The translations under genes and the position numbers were made by a program. A stretch of 5,993 bases of DNA from a virus (taxonomy: Duplodnaviria > Heunggongvirae > Uroviricota > Caudoviricetes). Of the stretch, positions 5,755 to 5,993 are shown one piece after another (the first letter of the stretch is position 1; each line of letters opens with the position of its first letter). Where the stretch lies: IMG/VR virus record IMGVR_UViG_2778261058_000003; one strand, given 5' to 3'. The notes below the pieces were generated by a model. It ran no database searches. It was given only the letters and a program-made list of their open reading frames with translations, and was not told the origin of the DNA.

Positions 5755-5784
5755 CTTGACTATAAAACTAAATACTTTTAGATT
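5755..5784 (+). promoter_or_regulatory. PL-like promoter with overlapping operator OL (AAACTAA-atactt-TTAGATT, 5765..5784)
   Basis: TTGACT at 5755..5760, then TAGATT at 5779..5784 after an 18-nt spacer. The 20-bp site at 5765..5784 matches OR-a in 6 of 7 left-half and 7 of 7 right-half positions with the same spacer length. Confidence 0.45.
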
Positions 5785-5962
5785 TATTGCATACCAACCC
5801 ACCCCACCCCACAGAACGCAGGGCAATACTTCGAGTTACCAGGCAGTGGTCAGGGGGTAAGTAGCCAGCCCGAGGCGTAAGAACATGACGGCAGGGTTCA
5901 ACTTTAACTATGCAGCAGGTTTTTGTTCCGCTACCCCGGCGTTAAGGGGAAATGAGGTCAGC

Positions 5963-5993
5963 ATGGATACTATCGATCTTGGCAACAACGAAT
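5963..5993 (+). CDS. 5' end of an unidentified early gene that runs off the window (begins MDTIDLGNNE)
   Basis: ATG at 5963 preceded by GAGGT (5954..5958) with a 4-nt spacer. The frame is open back to an alternative in-frame ATG at 5885 (GAGG 9 nt upstream). Only 10 codons are visible, so no identification is possible. Confidence 0.3.
   Translation, partial: MDTIDLGNNE

Noticed and set aside
5803-5822. CCCACCCCACCCCAC tract as a possible i-motif or repeat element
   Set aside because: Single short tract with no repetition elsewhere in the window. It is reported only as a possible rut-like leader feature.
4946-5962. Lambda-type N antitermination signals (boxA CGCTCTTA, boxB hairpin) near the early promoters
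   Set aside because: I found no boxA-like sequence on either side, and the cro-like and YdaT-like genes overlap, leaving no room for a nutR. The phage probably does not use N-type antitermination here.
5885-5993. Alternative longer start (ATG 5885) for the gene at the right edge
   Set aside because: Not excluded, but the ATG at 5963 has better SD spacing. Only the 3'-most 31 nt are reported as a feature, and the ambiguity is noted.
1-5993. tRNA or rRNA genes, integrase or attachment site, IS elements
   Set aside because: No cloverleaf-compatible sequence, no transposase or integrase-like ORF, and no terminal inverted repeats were seen. The window appears to lie wholly inside the prophage early region.

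Overview
This window reads as the immunity and early-replication region of a lambdoid (Rac-like) enterobacterial prophage, based on sequence reading and recalled family resemblances; no database search was run. A CI-like repressor with a C-terminal S24 (LexA-like) peptidase domain sits on the + strand (5042..5689), followed by a clean intrinsic terminator and a PL-like promoter. Divergent from it, a tightly packed minus-strand operon runs from 4945 down to 61: a Cro/YdaS-like HTH protein, a YdaT-like protein in the cII position, a replication initiator whose linker region carries iteron-like repeats (candidate origin), and then small accessory genes (winged-helix-like protein, small amino-methyltransferase, Cys-rich protein, Ea22-like, unknown 205-aa protein, DUF551-like, Zn-ribbon/coiled-coil protein, and an unlisted 27-codon membrane peptide). 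Most junctions overlap as ATGA or GTG-over-stop, and two short junction sequences recur at several gene boundaries. I found no rRNA, tRNA, CRISPR array, transposase or integrase. I cannot point to a clearly novel system; the best candidates for follow-up are the coupled DUF551 / Zn-ribbon / membrane-peptide trio, the methyltransferase plus Cys-rich protein pair, and the recurring junction cassettes.
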